Shown here one piece after another: positions 53,659 to 64,000 of a DNA stretch of 64,000 nucleotides (position 1 is the first letter of the stretch; every line of letters begins with the position of its first letter). The stretch is taken from positions 52,206,001 through 52,270,000 of the forward strand of contig OZ076409.1 in NCBI GenBank assembly GCA_964187785.1, read 5' to 3'. This stretch comes from Amphiscolops sp. MND2022. Lineage: Eukaryota. The translations under genes and the position numbers were made by a program. A model generated the notes under the pieces. The model saw only the letters and a program-made list of their open reading frames with translations. It had not been told where the DNA came from and did no database searches.

Positions 53659-55230
53659 ATGTATGCGAACTTGTCTACCATGAAACTTATTTAGAAACTG
53701 TTATCTTTTCTGTTTGTTTTTTGGTCATAGTTCACTACAGTGAATTATTTGTGCTATTCCGATTCATTTTTGGTCAGTGTAGATTTGCTATTTGCTCGAT
53801 GTGATTTGATTATGTTACATTTTGATTTACATTTTTTGTGACGGCCTATGATTTGGTCTACATTTAGCTGATTGGTCGGCTAGTTTGCATGTTTTTCATG
53901 TGAATTTACATGTTGACTGTGTTATACTAATTTTTTGCGTGTGAATTTCGTTAACTGGTTTCAAAATGTTGGAGCGATAGGCTCAGCTTTGCAAGTCATT
54001 CAAGTTCTAGTAGAGTAGTCGCCTAGGTAACTACCATTGAAAAGCTCTCACTCACCAAAGGCCATTCTCGTCACAGCGTTGTTCATGATTATGGCTTACA
54101 TGTGACAGAGGTGGAAACTTGATGGGTGGGTGGAGTCGCTCAACTCCTACAGATGATTTGAACTTTTTGAGTAGCTGCTTTTATAGTGCTCTAGTTGGTT
54201 GTTTGACAGGTGTTTACTAACTTAAGTGTCAATTTAATCTGTCAATTCATGTCGAGTTTTACATATGTTTATTTCTCATGTAGCGTTATTCTTGACGTCG
54301 TCATCGTTGATGTGTGTCATGCGACGTCATCACTCGTGTCGTGTGTCAAGTGTTAACGTCAATTTTAATGGTAGATGGGTTTCCCCATGGCCATTAAACT
54401 TTTTGATAAGGGGTGGTGTGTACCATCCCTTGTTACGAATCTTCGGTGATGTAGTGAATATGACTGCATGTTTTTTGTTGTTCTGTCCTTCCTGCCGCGA
54501 GGCGAAGCCTACGAATCAACAGTAAGAACAAAAGTGTCGTGATCTAAATTCAATGTAGAGGTGACGACTGCATTTTACTGTCCTAGGAAATGTTTTATAT
54601 GTTGTTCGTTGGATTGGGAAGGTTATTTGCCGTCGCAAAAACCCATACAAAACTAGCACCGAATCCACTTGCTAAAAAGCAAGCTTCATCTGAATGTTTG
54701 CACAACCACACAGACGCGTTTTTGATGACGCACCCACACAGCCGAACCACATCATGATTTCAGAGGCGGAAGTGCGGGACTAGATTTTGGCGGTGTAACT
54801 TAACTAAGGCAGCTATCTCTTTTGCATGTTCGGTTGTGTGCTATTACTTTTGCTAAAATGGTTTATTTCTGTCGTCATAAGGTTGGTAAGTACAGAATTG
54901 CGAAGCAATTCCTTTGAAAGCGTGTGGTTGGGGTTTTCAGTGAATTGCATAATTTAGTCGCTCGATTGCATGTGTTTTACATGTACTTAATAATTTCCGG
55001 TTAACGTGATGTGTTGTGTATGACTGCATTACATGTAGTTACTTTTGCGCTCAGCTGTCTCGGTAGAGAGTAACAATTTACTCTGCCGGTAAACTCAAGT
55101 ATGTCGGATAGTGAGTATCAGTCGTCACTGAATGGCGTAAAATAGACTAAATAATTTAAAGGTATGATTGATGCATGTGGTGTTGTAGACTACATTCAGT
55201 TGAATGTGAAAATGAAATTTTAGGAAAATT

Positions 55231-58200
55231 TTACCAAAGGCTTGTTGATTTGCTTTGCATGAATTTTAAGAGTGCGGGCTTTGCTTGCAGTTCATGAACA
55301 AGAAAGTTGTCAAACGTTTTAGGCACGGGTGCCTCGCGAAGGCTGTATCGGGTAATGTTATTTCGTGTAATTGGTTGGGGTGTTTCGGCAGATGATGCGG
55401 TCGATTCCGCATCATTATTTGGATGGCTTTGTTGCTCAGGCAGTTGATCAGAAGACGGTGTGTCCATTTCATTTGATTGAATTTCAGCTTCAGATCGATG
55501 TGTACTGTCGGTGTGGACGGTCTCAGGTAGAGGGTTATCCAGAGGTGGTACCTCATGAACCCTTTTGTGTTCGTAATAGATTGCTCCATGCTCAGAGTCG
55601 ACTGTGTCAGTTTCATTTGTGTCTAGTTCTACTGTGTTTTCAGCGGGAGGTAGCGTTTCGGATGCAGGTAGATTATCGTTGAATATTGATTGATCGTCGA
55701 TTGCGTCAGGATCACTATAGTGTCGTGATGCATCGTCGTGTATGTCTTCGATGGAATCGTGTGGTACGAATGGGCGAAGCCGCATTCTATGTACGCACTG
55801 TGTTCGGAATGTACCAATTTTTCTGATGATATAGTTTGACTGTGACAGGACTTTAATTACCTTGTAAGGTCCTTCCCATTTGAAAGAATTGAAAGGGATT
55901 TTTTCGGATTGCTGGCCAATTTTGGGGTTCAGTAAAAAGACAAAGTCGTTTACTTTTAAAAGTGACGCTTGCGCTTTCCTGTCATAGTACGACTTGTATT
56001 TATGGAAAGCACGGATTATGTTGGTGTGTGTCTCTTTGAATTTCGCATTCAGGTTATCCACTAACGTCTTCGCGTCAACAGCGTTTCGAGGTGGATTGAG
56101 GGGGTTGCTGAACTTCAGATCTAGTGCATTATATGGTACTCGACCGTGGAAGACTTCAGTTGGAGAGCACTTCAGAGTCTGGTGGTAAGTCGTGTTATGT
56201 GCCATCACAGCGAGATTGACGTATCGGTCCCATTGTGGGCGGTCCACGGAAACGTTTATTTTCAGGACTTGTTTCAAGCGTTGATGTGATCTCTTGTTTG
56301 GGCATGTTTAATCGTTGCGTGGGAGACTTTGATCCCGGCTTTGTTCATCAGTTCAGTTATGACTTCGGACGTGAATGCAGAGCCTTTGTCGGTGATAATG
56401 TGTTTCGGTACATATGCATGTTTTGTGAAAATGTCTAGTAGAGCATTGACGACGGATTTCGTGTCAGGTTTGCGTATCAGGATAGCAAACAGATAACGTG
56501 AAAAATAGTCACAGGCCGTCATAATGTGTGAGTACCCATTAGATCGCGGCAACTCACCTACTAGATCGATTTCAAGAACATCCTCAGGACCGTTGCAGGG
56601 GTCATAAATTGGTTCGAGTGGAGGTATCAGAGTGTTTGGTTTTGCAGGTTTCGTTTTAATACATTCTTGGCAGTTGTTTACAAACTCTTGGACCTTTTCG
56701 GTTAAGTTTGGGACGTAGTACCTTTTCCTTAGTTCACTTAGCATTTTGGAAGCGCCAGGGTGTCCCTGCATGGGGTCGCCATGCATCGTCCTGATTATGG
56801 CTTCCGTAGTTTCTGGAGGAACTACATTTTGTCGGTAAGCTAGTTTTCCTACGTTGTCAAAAAACTGCCTGTACAACACGTTGTTCACTACTTCAAGTCT
56901 TTTACGGTTCTTGAAAAGTTTTTGGAAAAAGGTACTTGCAAAGTTCACTTGGTTCGGAGGGGTTTCCTGGACGGTAAGAATCCTAATTACACGTTGAACG
57001 TCACTGTTTTCGCCTTGAGCCTTAACAATTTCTGAAGTCCCCGAAGGGCATACCTGATTTACCATATGAACCTGGTTCCGTTGGTAGAATCGGGTGAAGA
57101 AAAGGGTCGGGTCGGAAGGTGTCACAAATGGTTGTATCTGGGACCTGATCTCACTGATGCGTCTATCGTACTGTTCCCCGTCTTCGTGGTGTTGCCGTGG
57201 GAACATTGCCAGTAGCGTTTGCATCGTCGGATTTGATGATGTGGTCACACCAGGTACATCGTGGTCTTCTGGGATGTACTCCTCCTCGTCATCGTCTTGT
57301 TTAGGCGTTTTGGATGCCAGGTCGATTTCAATTTTAAAGACTGGTATTTCGTCGTGGAGTTTGAGGTGGATCCTGTCTTTCGGTCTAATGTCAATTCTGG
57401 ACAGGTAGTCGGCTGCTGGGTTTTCGACGCCAGGTACATGGGCCAGGACGAAGTCGAATTGGAGGGCCTGGTCGCAGTAGTTCCACAGTTTCGGAGGAAT
57501 TCGCTTTGACTGGAAAAATCTTGTGAGGGCTTTGTTGTCAGTCATGACAATTGTTGGCTTCTTCACTCCCCACAAGATATGAGCGAATTCGTCGAAGGCG
57601 AAGTGCATGGCCAGGAACTCTTTTGCATACATCGTGAGTGACATCTGGCCCTCAGTAAACCTTTGTGAACCAAAGGATACTGGTGCGTATGACTTCGTTG
57701 GTCCATCATTCGTCTCGGTGTAATCCTCGATCAAGAGAACGTATCCAGCTGCATGCTCGCTAGCATCGCACATGATCACGAGCTGTTTGTCCGGAAGTGG
57801 TAGTCGCAGGGACATCTTGGCTGCATTTGCGAGGTTCTCATTGATGTCGAACATGGCATCTTTGTGGACTTGAGTTAGTTCGAATTTGACGTCTTTCTGC
57901 AGGAGTTTGTAGAGTGGTACAAGTTTTTCAGCTAGGCATGGGATGTATTGGCGGTAGAACTGGACGAATCCAATGTACCGTTGCAAGGACTTCACAGACG
58001 TTGGTAGTTTGATGTTTTTCAAGAACTTGTCAATTTTTTCCTCGATGGGAGCAACTCCCTTGGAGGTGATGCTTCGTCCCAGAAATTCTAACTCGGGGTG
58101 TCCGAAAGCGCATTTAGCCTTTGACAGTTTCAGGCCAGCTTGTCTGATTTTGATGAACACAGCCTCAATATTGTCGACGAGCTCTTCGACATTGTTGGCT

Positions 58201-60153
58201 GCAATGCCGATGTCGTCGACGTATTGGGCACATTTGTCAGCCTTGACCAAGGGGTCCAAGTACTCTCGAACAGTACTGTTGAAGGCTGAATGTGATCGGT
58301 TCAATCCTTGGGCTAGTCTGAGGTAGGCGAACGTCCTACTTCCAAAGTTGAAAGCGAGTAACTGGACTGACTGTTCGTCTGCCATCTGCAAGCAGTGATA
58401 TGCTTGTGAACAGTCCAGTTTGCAGAAGTATCGTTTTCCTGCCATGTGCTGCGCTGCATCTGCCATCGTCGTCACCGGATGATTGTGTTGATTGTAGTCG
58501 TTCTTCAGTAGGTGATTGATTCTTCTCAGATCTACGAGGATTCTAAGCTTCCCATTCGGCTTGCGTTGGGCGAAGATGGGTGATGAGTACTTGCTGTACG
58601 GCAATGTTGTGATTATGCCGTACTCCTGCATCAACGCCAATTCAACGAGTAAGTCGTCCTTCAGGTTCGTCGGTGTGGGTAAGCTTTGGGCATAGACTGG
58701 TTCGTCGTGTTTAGGAGTCAACTTTATCTTGAATTCGGTGTTGATTCCTATGTCCAGTCTATGTCTGGCGAAGATGTCATGGTACTTGACCAATAGATCC
58801 TCAATTTGTTGCTTCTCGTGAGGGTTCAGTATTGATTGTTCCCACTGGAAATTTGCCAGAAATTCATGCCGTTGTTCTTCGCTTGATGTTGGATCCAGTT
58901 TCTCCTCTGCCCTGAGTTTGACGATTTCGTCATAGATTCGTTTTTCAATCCTGTTGAGTTTTGATGGGTCGTCACAAGTCTCAGGGGTAGGGTACCATCG
59001 TCTATCTGATTTGGTAGTCGGATCCTGGAAGATTTGGTTCAAGACAGCTTCAGCATCATCTGGGTACTGTGAAATCAGGTGTAGTTGTTGATTGGTCATC
59101 GGTTGAAGGTTGTTAGCTTGCTTCGGTGTCATTATCTTGAATGATGCTACCGGTGTACCCACATTGATGGTGATTTGGTAGTCGAGTGGGTTTGTGATCT
59201 GGACATGAGTCCGCCCCTCCTGGGTCTCGCTGAGAGCCGGAGAAACCAACAGGTGTGAGCGTCTTTCGAACGCTGGTAGTCCTTCGACAGTGCCAGTGAT
59301 GTCACCTAGATCGCGTTCAATCACCACTGGGACGAACACTTGTTGGTTGGGTTGGATCACAGTCTTCTCGGTTGTCTTCAGTTCTAGTAGTTTGTTCTTG
59401 AATTTCCCGTTGACTGATCGCAGTTGGAGGGTGATGTTCGGGAATTTGACGATGTTGTTGGCCAGGTCTAGCGTAACGGAGTATTTTTGAAGAAAGACAT
59501 TCCTATAAGTACGTTCCCCATCGTCGGGAGGACCATGAATGTTTCTTCAAATATTTTGCCGCCGATGAAGAATCGAAGCAGGACTTGCTTCTTGACTGGG
59601 ACGATGTTTCCGTTGGCAATCTGCACTTTGAACTCCGGGGCAGGGAGTTCCTGGAGGAGGGCGGCTGGGTGGGCTGCAAGGATGCGGCGGAGTTCCGCTT
59701 CTGAGAGAGCACTCTGGATTGCTCCCGTGTCAAGTAGGCCGAAGTTTTCGTATTCTCGGAATTGGAGTGGTACGTAGAGCATCCTGTCCTTTTTATTGAG
59801 TTGGAGGGTGGCACTCAACTGGCGTATTTCGTACTTCGGCTTCTTCGGTTTTGTGGTTTTGGCGATGTGGTTCGTTTGTCATCATTTGGTTGGTCAGGCA
59901 GTGTGCATTCTGAACTCGGCTGTTGGATGTTGTGGACTTCGGGTCTTCGCTTGGTCTCCTTTGGTTTAATGGTGTAGTTGTCAGTTGAATGTCTTGTGAT
60001 GACAAAGTTAGTAGTCTCCTTAGTGTAAGTTGGAGGACGGGACTGCCACCCCGTATGGTTTCCAGTATGTAGTCGAGTCTGAGGAGTAGTTTGTTGGTGT
60101 TGGTTTAGTAGCGCACTTTTGTATGTTTGGGGAGGATGACGTGGCTTTAGAAG
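55231..60153 (-). pseudogene. pol: pol of element 4 (PR-RT-RNase H-IN-GPY/F) with three frame disruptions
   Basis: LLDTGA, QYVDDI, CDASEHAAG, H..GHPG..CQEC, IDLVG / CDYFSRY / ITDKG, WEGPYKV. Apparent 1-nt losses in A-runs at ~59850 and ~59486, and a small frameshifting deletion at ~56293. Confidence 0.92.
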
Positions 60154-61673
60154 TTTTTTGGATCTTCTACGTCATCGTGTCGTTCTGTTTCCTCAGCATT
60201 TTCGGTGTCATCGTTGGGGTTGTGGGACATCTCATTGGCGTTGTAGACCCTGTTGTTGGTCTGTTTGAAGTCCCTTCTAAATTGTCGGTTTTCCTCGGTC
60301 GACTGCTTAGGATACGGGACGCTGCGGTAGGCTGATGTCGCCGTATTCCTATAGTAGCAATCTCGGGCGGAGTGTCCCACTTTGCCACAGATTTGGCATA
60401 CAAGTTTGGCGTTGTATTTCGGCCTGGTCTCTTGAGGTTGGGCTGGTTGTTGCTGGTTTTGGCCCTGGGGTTTGGTTGGTGCTTCTTCCCGGAGGCGTTT
60501 CCTGCATTCAGCCCACTTGTGACCATGTATTCCGCAGTGGCGACATTGGCCATCAAATTTTCGTTTTGTCTCCCTGGGTTGCTGGGTTTGGACGTTAGAT
60601 GTCTGAGGTGTGGTTACATTCGGCTGGGGTGCGCTTATCTGATTGAATGGTTGCGCATTGGTTGTGTTAGGAATGAGCTGCGCATATTGACATCTGCGCT
60701 GCACAAATGTCCTGATCTCCTCCATCGATGCATCGTGTTTACCTGCCATGGCCAAATCGTTTTGCATTTGGACTGGGAGTTTCGCAAATAGAAACGTCTC
60801 TGTAATATCACTGGACTTGTCCCCAAATGCCTGCTTTGCGACCTTTTTGAACTTGTTGAGGAAGTCATTGAAGGTCTCTGCTGTAGGGTCGTAGCGCATT
60901 TGGTCAAATTTGTATTTGGCCACTTCCTTCAAATCTTCTTTTGCGTATTCCTTCTTGAAGTAACGCAGTACTTGGGCCAGTGTCGTCTGGTTCGTTATTT
61001 TCAGCGACTGCCAAAATTCAATGGCATCGTCGCGTAACAGGCTCTGGAAATATGTCAGTTTCTGTTCTTCTGACAATTTGTGTTGGTGTGGCCTGAGGTG
61101 GTTGAGCAGCAGGTGCTCAAACTCGTTGTACTTTTCCCGGTTTCCGCGGAATAGTGGAACTTGTGTGTGCAATATTTTTGGATGTTGCACCGTGTCCGTC
61201 ATCGTGTCCCTCAGATGATGGATTTCAGTGACAATGTCATCGTACTGCTGGGCGGATGACTGAGGGTATTGTGAGGTGGATTGTCGTGGTGGGTTCGGTA
61301 GGTAGTTGGTCGTTGGAACTCCTGTCACCATGTCGGAACGTGCATCAAGTTCATTTGATATGGTAATGTTAGGGGCGTTCCCTTCTCTATCATTAGAGGA
61401 TGACTTTTCATTAGACGATATTTTCTCGGTTAGAGCTAGAACTAGATTCGTCAGTTCACTTATTTGTCTGTTCATTTCCGTAAATCTCTGATTTACGGCT
61501 TGACGTTCTGACTCGCCACTGAAATCCAACAGATTTCCATTGTCGAACTCGTTTATCTGTTCTCTCGTGAGAACTTCAGGGACACTACTTTCACTTTCGG
61601 TATCGCTATGTCGGTCAGGTCGGCACATGTGCGTTCGCTGGTTTTCTGCCACTTGAGATCTGGTATTGACCAT
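60147..61673 (-). CDS. gag: Gag polyprotein, 508 aa, two CCHC zinc knuckles
   Basis: Intact ORF; CRHCGIHGHKWAEC and CQICGKVGHSARDC; ends at the A-AAA-AAC slippery site. Confidence 0.95.
   Translation of the reverse strand: MVNTRSQVAENQRTHMCRPDRHSDTESESSVPEVLTREQINEFDNGNLLDFSGESERQAVNQRFTEMNRQISELTNLVLALTEKISSNEKSSSNDREGNAPNITISNELDARSDMVTGVPTTNYLPNPPRQSTSQYPQSSAQQYDDIVTEIHHLRDTMTDTVQHPKILHTQVPLFRGNREKYNEFEHLLLNHLRPHQHKLSEEQKLTYFQSLLRDDAIEFWQSLKITNQTTLAQVLRYFKKEYAKEDLKEVAKYKFDQMRYDPTAETFNDFLNKFKKVAKQAFGDKSSDITETFLFAKLPVQMQNDLAMAGKHDASMEEIRTFVQRRCQYAQLIPNTTNAQPFNQISAPQPNVTTPQTSNVQTQQPRETKRKFDGQCRHCGIHGHKWAECRKRLREEAPTKPQGQNQQQPAQPQETRPKYNAKLVCQICGKVGHSARDCYYRNTATSAYRSVPYPKQSTEENRQFRRDFKQTNNRVYNANEMSHNPNDDTENAEETERHDDVEDPKNF
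61317..61330 (-). promoter_or_regulatory. Primer-binding site of element 4
   Basis: TGGTGACAGGAGTT immediately after the 5' LTR CA; TGG complements the tRNA CCA end. Confidence 0.8.
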
Positions 61674-62358
61674 TTTGAAGAGATATTGGGTTTTTGAGGT
61701 TTTATTGAGTAATTGAGAGAATGGTAAAGTATTCTAGTGATGGAATTATATCAAACTGAGAGGTACGTATTTAGCAAACTGTTCGTCAAACTATCGCAAA
61801 ATCTACTGATGGTACAATTTCACTTGGTAGCAATTATGGCGACGTTGGTCACGTGACCACATCAACCAATCACATCGCTATTTTCGTTCGCACCTTTGTT
61901 AGTAATCGCGCAATATTGTCGCAGCACCAAAATGAAATGTAGTTACGTTGCTATGGTTGCATGACTCAATTTGTATAATGATGTGGTTGCACTACTAGCA
62001 TCATATATGTGAATGGTTAATGTGTATAATTGTTTACAGGACTGACTGCACTGAAACGAAATCTGATGATGGCGTATCAGCCACATTACTTTCACTTCTA
62101 ATTAAAATTCACGAAATTAATTTAAATGACATACGTAACTAATGTGTGAAATATGGGGGATAATAGTAAAGTTATTTAGGGACTGAATAGAAATGATGCT
62201 TTTTAGCATATTCTAGTTCGAGTTTTATGATGTGGTTGACTTCACCACATTCTTTCCTTTCATCATCATCCTTTTACTGTTTGCATTTGTTTTGAGCTCA
62301 GGTATGCAGGATGGTTGACCACATCCTTGTTTGATATTTTCATGCGTCAGGCATGACA
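61331..62358 (-). repeat. 5' LTR of element 4, containing the first 114 codons of gag
   Basis: Direct repeat of 47427-48454; gag ATG at 61673; AATAAA at ~61706-61701 on the minus strand. Confidence 0.97.
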
Positions 62359-63197
62359 ATGAGTTGTCGCCGTACGGTCCTAAATGGAAATGAGTTCGGC
62401 CATTGATCTCAAAGAATTCGGACACAAGATATCAAAACTCCAAAAAATCATAATTTCAATCATTGCGAAGTTCTTATCTAATTAAGTGTATTATCAGAGA
62501 ACGGTGGTTGACTATTTCGAAAATAAACGTTTGTGGCCTTTTTAGATTCCCAGTCTACTGCAACTTTTTACAGTAATAGAATAGAAATCATGTTGTGATA
62601 TGAACTCAAACTAATAAATTTCTGTATCAATCTGTGATGATAAAACGACCAATTTTGACATTGCATTGTGTCAAAAAAGCCAACAGTGGGGCCCTTTGGC
62701 CTCTTCTACGTTTGTAAACATGGAAAAGTTTAGTGTAGCGCGGGATTCTAAAATGCACACCTGCTTTCAGGTCCCTTTTCAAGTCCATACAACCTCTGTT
62801 CTGTAACCAAAGACTATGTTGCAATTTGTTTCCAACAATATGAATCCGGTCAGTCTAGTAATTTTAGGTGAGTGGCTTTTTGAGAAAAGGAATCCCGCTA
62901 AATTTAAATCTTTGTTCCCTTGAAGAAGTGAAGTGTTTAGAAAATTTTCAAAAACTGAAACAGGGTACCAAAAAAAACGTTAAATGGCAGCGTTTTGTTC
63001 CTAAAAAGCACGTAAATTATTGCATTGTTTGAAAAATAACCACCATTCATGGTTCCACGAATTTGCACGCGGCGCTGGATTGATAGAATTGATCATCTAG
63101 TGACTTTATGAAAACAAAATTAGAAACAATTCAAAACCGAGCTCTTTATCTATAATAGTTCACAGGACACTCGGAATTGAAAAAAAAACACATTTTT

Positions 63198-63259
63198 TAA
63201 ACGATGTTGGTTTTTGCTTGAAGTGTATTTCCACTTCAAGCAAAAACCAACATCGTTTA
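63198..63259. repeat. Perfect 28-bp hairpin with a 6-nt loop
   Basis: TAAACGATGTTGGTTTTTGCTTGAAGTG-tatttc-CACTTCAAGCAAAAACCAACATCGTTTA. Confidence 0.9.
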
Positions 63260-64000
63260 CAAAAATCGTTTCCAATTGACTCAAAAGTCCTTTCTATCTA
63301 TAACATTTGCATTTGAAGCGTTCAAATCGAGGACAACATTTTAAGGGAAGAAGGTAATTTACTCGAGCTGAGATACAAGTGGCGGATGACGTTTACGCGA
63401 AAGAAAAACTGGTCAGTGTTGTTAATAGATCTAGTAGCAGATCTACTAACAAACCACATTTGGCAGTAACTGCCGTCGATCAGACTATAAAAATACACAA
63501 AAACAAAAATCTACATTCCAAATCATCATCAAAATGACAATGTTTCAGAAGGAAAAAAATGATGACCTTGTGACCACGCAGGGCAGGGCAGGGCAGGGCA
63601 CTTCTGAGACGCGACACAACCATTGAACAGACGAAAAGATGCAACAGTGCCTTCCTCCACATTGCACGAAAGCAGCAGTCACTGGGTGGCATGACAGATA
63701 CTGGATTCTATCAGAAACAAGTAAGCCGTTTTCAGAGACTCACAAAAGCCGGGGAATTAAGTTGCTAAACAAAAACGACGAAAAGCCGGTCCACACCAAC
63801 CAGAAAGATAAATAGGGGCTCTGCATATTTCGATTCAAGTATGAAGGAATCACCAAATGAACGATTGGACTATTCAAAAAGTTATCTTTGACAAACACAC
63901 TAAAACCTGGGAGGTATCCTTCAATAAAAGACCAATAAAATATAAACAATTTCTCTGTTACAGAAAAAACAGTCTAGGATAACGCTGTGATAAGTACAAT

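Larger units (their letters stand above)
47427..62358 (-). mobile_element. Full-length young Ty3/Gypsy LTR retrotransposon (element 4, 14.9 kb) with antisense cargo gene
   Basis: Two 1028-bp LTRs with about 10 substitutions, TG...CA termini, ATGAG TSD (47422-47426 and 62359-62363), PBS, PPT, and gag-PR-RT-RH-IN order. Confidence 0.97.
39684..62387. mobile_element. Putative TIR DNA-transposon shell (~7.8 kb without the inserted Gypsy); right TIR interrupted by element 4
   Basis: Left CCATTTAGGAC...GCGACAACTCATATCAAG repeats (39684-39826). Inverted GATATGAGTTGTCGC repeats at 47369-47426 resume after the TSD at 62364 and end GTCCTAAATGG (62387). No TSD found. Confidence 0.55.

Noticed and set aside
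48455..55230. Cargo region as an env gene or as a nested autonomous hAT transposon
   Set aside because: It is antisense and spliced, with no clear signal peptide/furin/TM layout of an Env. I found no TIR pair or 8-bp TSD around it by eye, and the catalytic motifs appear absent. A nested insertion is not fully excluded without comparing copies.
61317..61330. Assigning the PBS to a specific tRNA (resembles the tRNA-Leu 3' end)
   Set aside because: Only an approximate match from memory; needs the host tRNA set.
57094..61491. Numerous plus-strand ORFs over element-4 gag/pol (and equivalent opposite-strand ORFs over elements 1 and 2)
   Set aside because: Antisense shadows of coding sequence with no independent motifs.
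62600..64000. Short ORFs and a GTAAGC donor (63721) suggesting a host exon
   Set aside because: No recognisable product and no consistent gene model within the window.

Overview
AT-rich eukaryotic (probably invertebrate animal) DNA dominated by nested transposable elements, with one clear host gene: a 3-exon secreted CAP/SCP-domain gene (35325-37501, minus). The highlight is a young 14.9-kb Ty3/Gypsy LTR retrotransposon (47427-62358, minus; ~99% identical 1028-bp LTRs, ATGAG TSD). Between pol and its 3' LTR it carries an intact antisense 7-exon gene. Six GT-AG introns splice phase-consistently into a 1133-aa ORF that looks, by eye, like a BED-finger hAT transposase lacking its DDE catalytic residues. 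In two different Gypsy families here the gag ORF starts inside the LTR and reads through the PBS; a TSD-flanked solo LTR supports this. Also present: two degenerate Gypsy elements (one with an internal 2.4-kb duplication, one with macrodomain-like cargo), a LINE remnant, Helentron/DINE-1-like repeats, MITEs, and an array of hairpin-rich ~188-bp repeats interleaved with gag-pro fragments. All family assignments come from motif recognition by eye; no searches were run.
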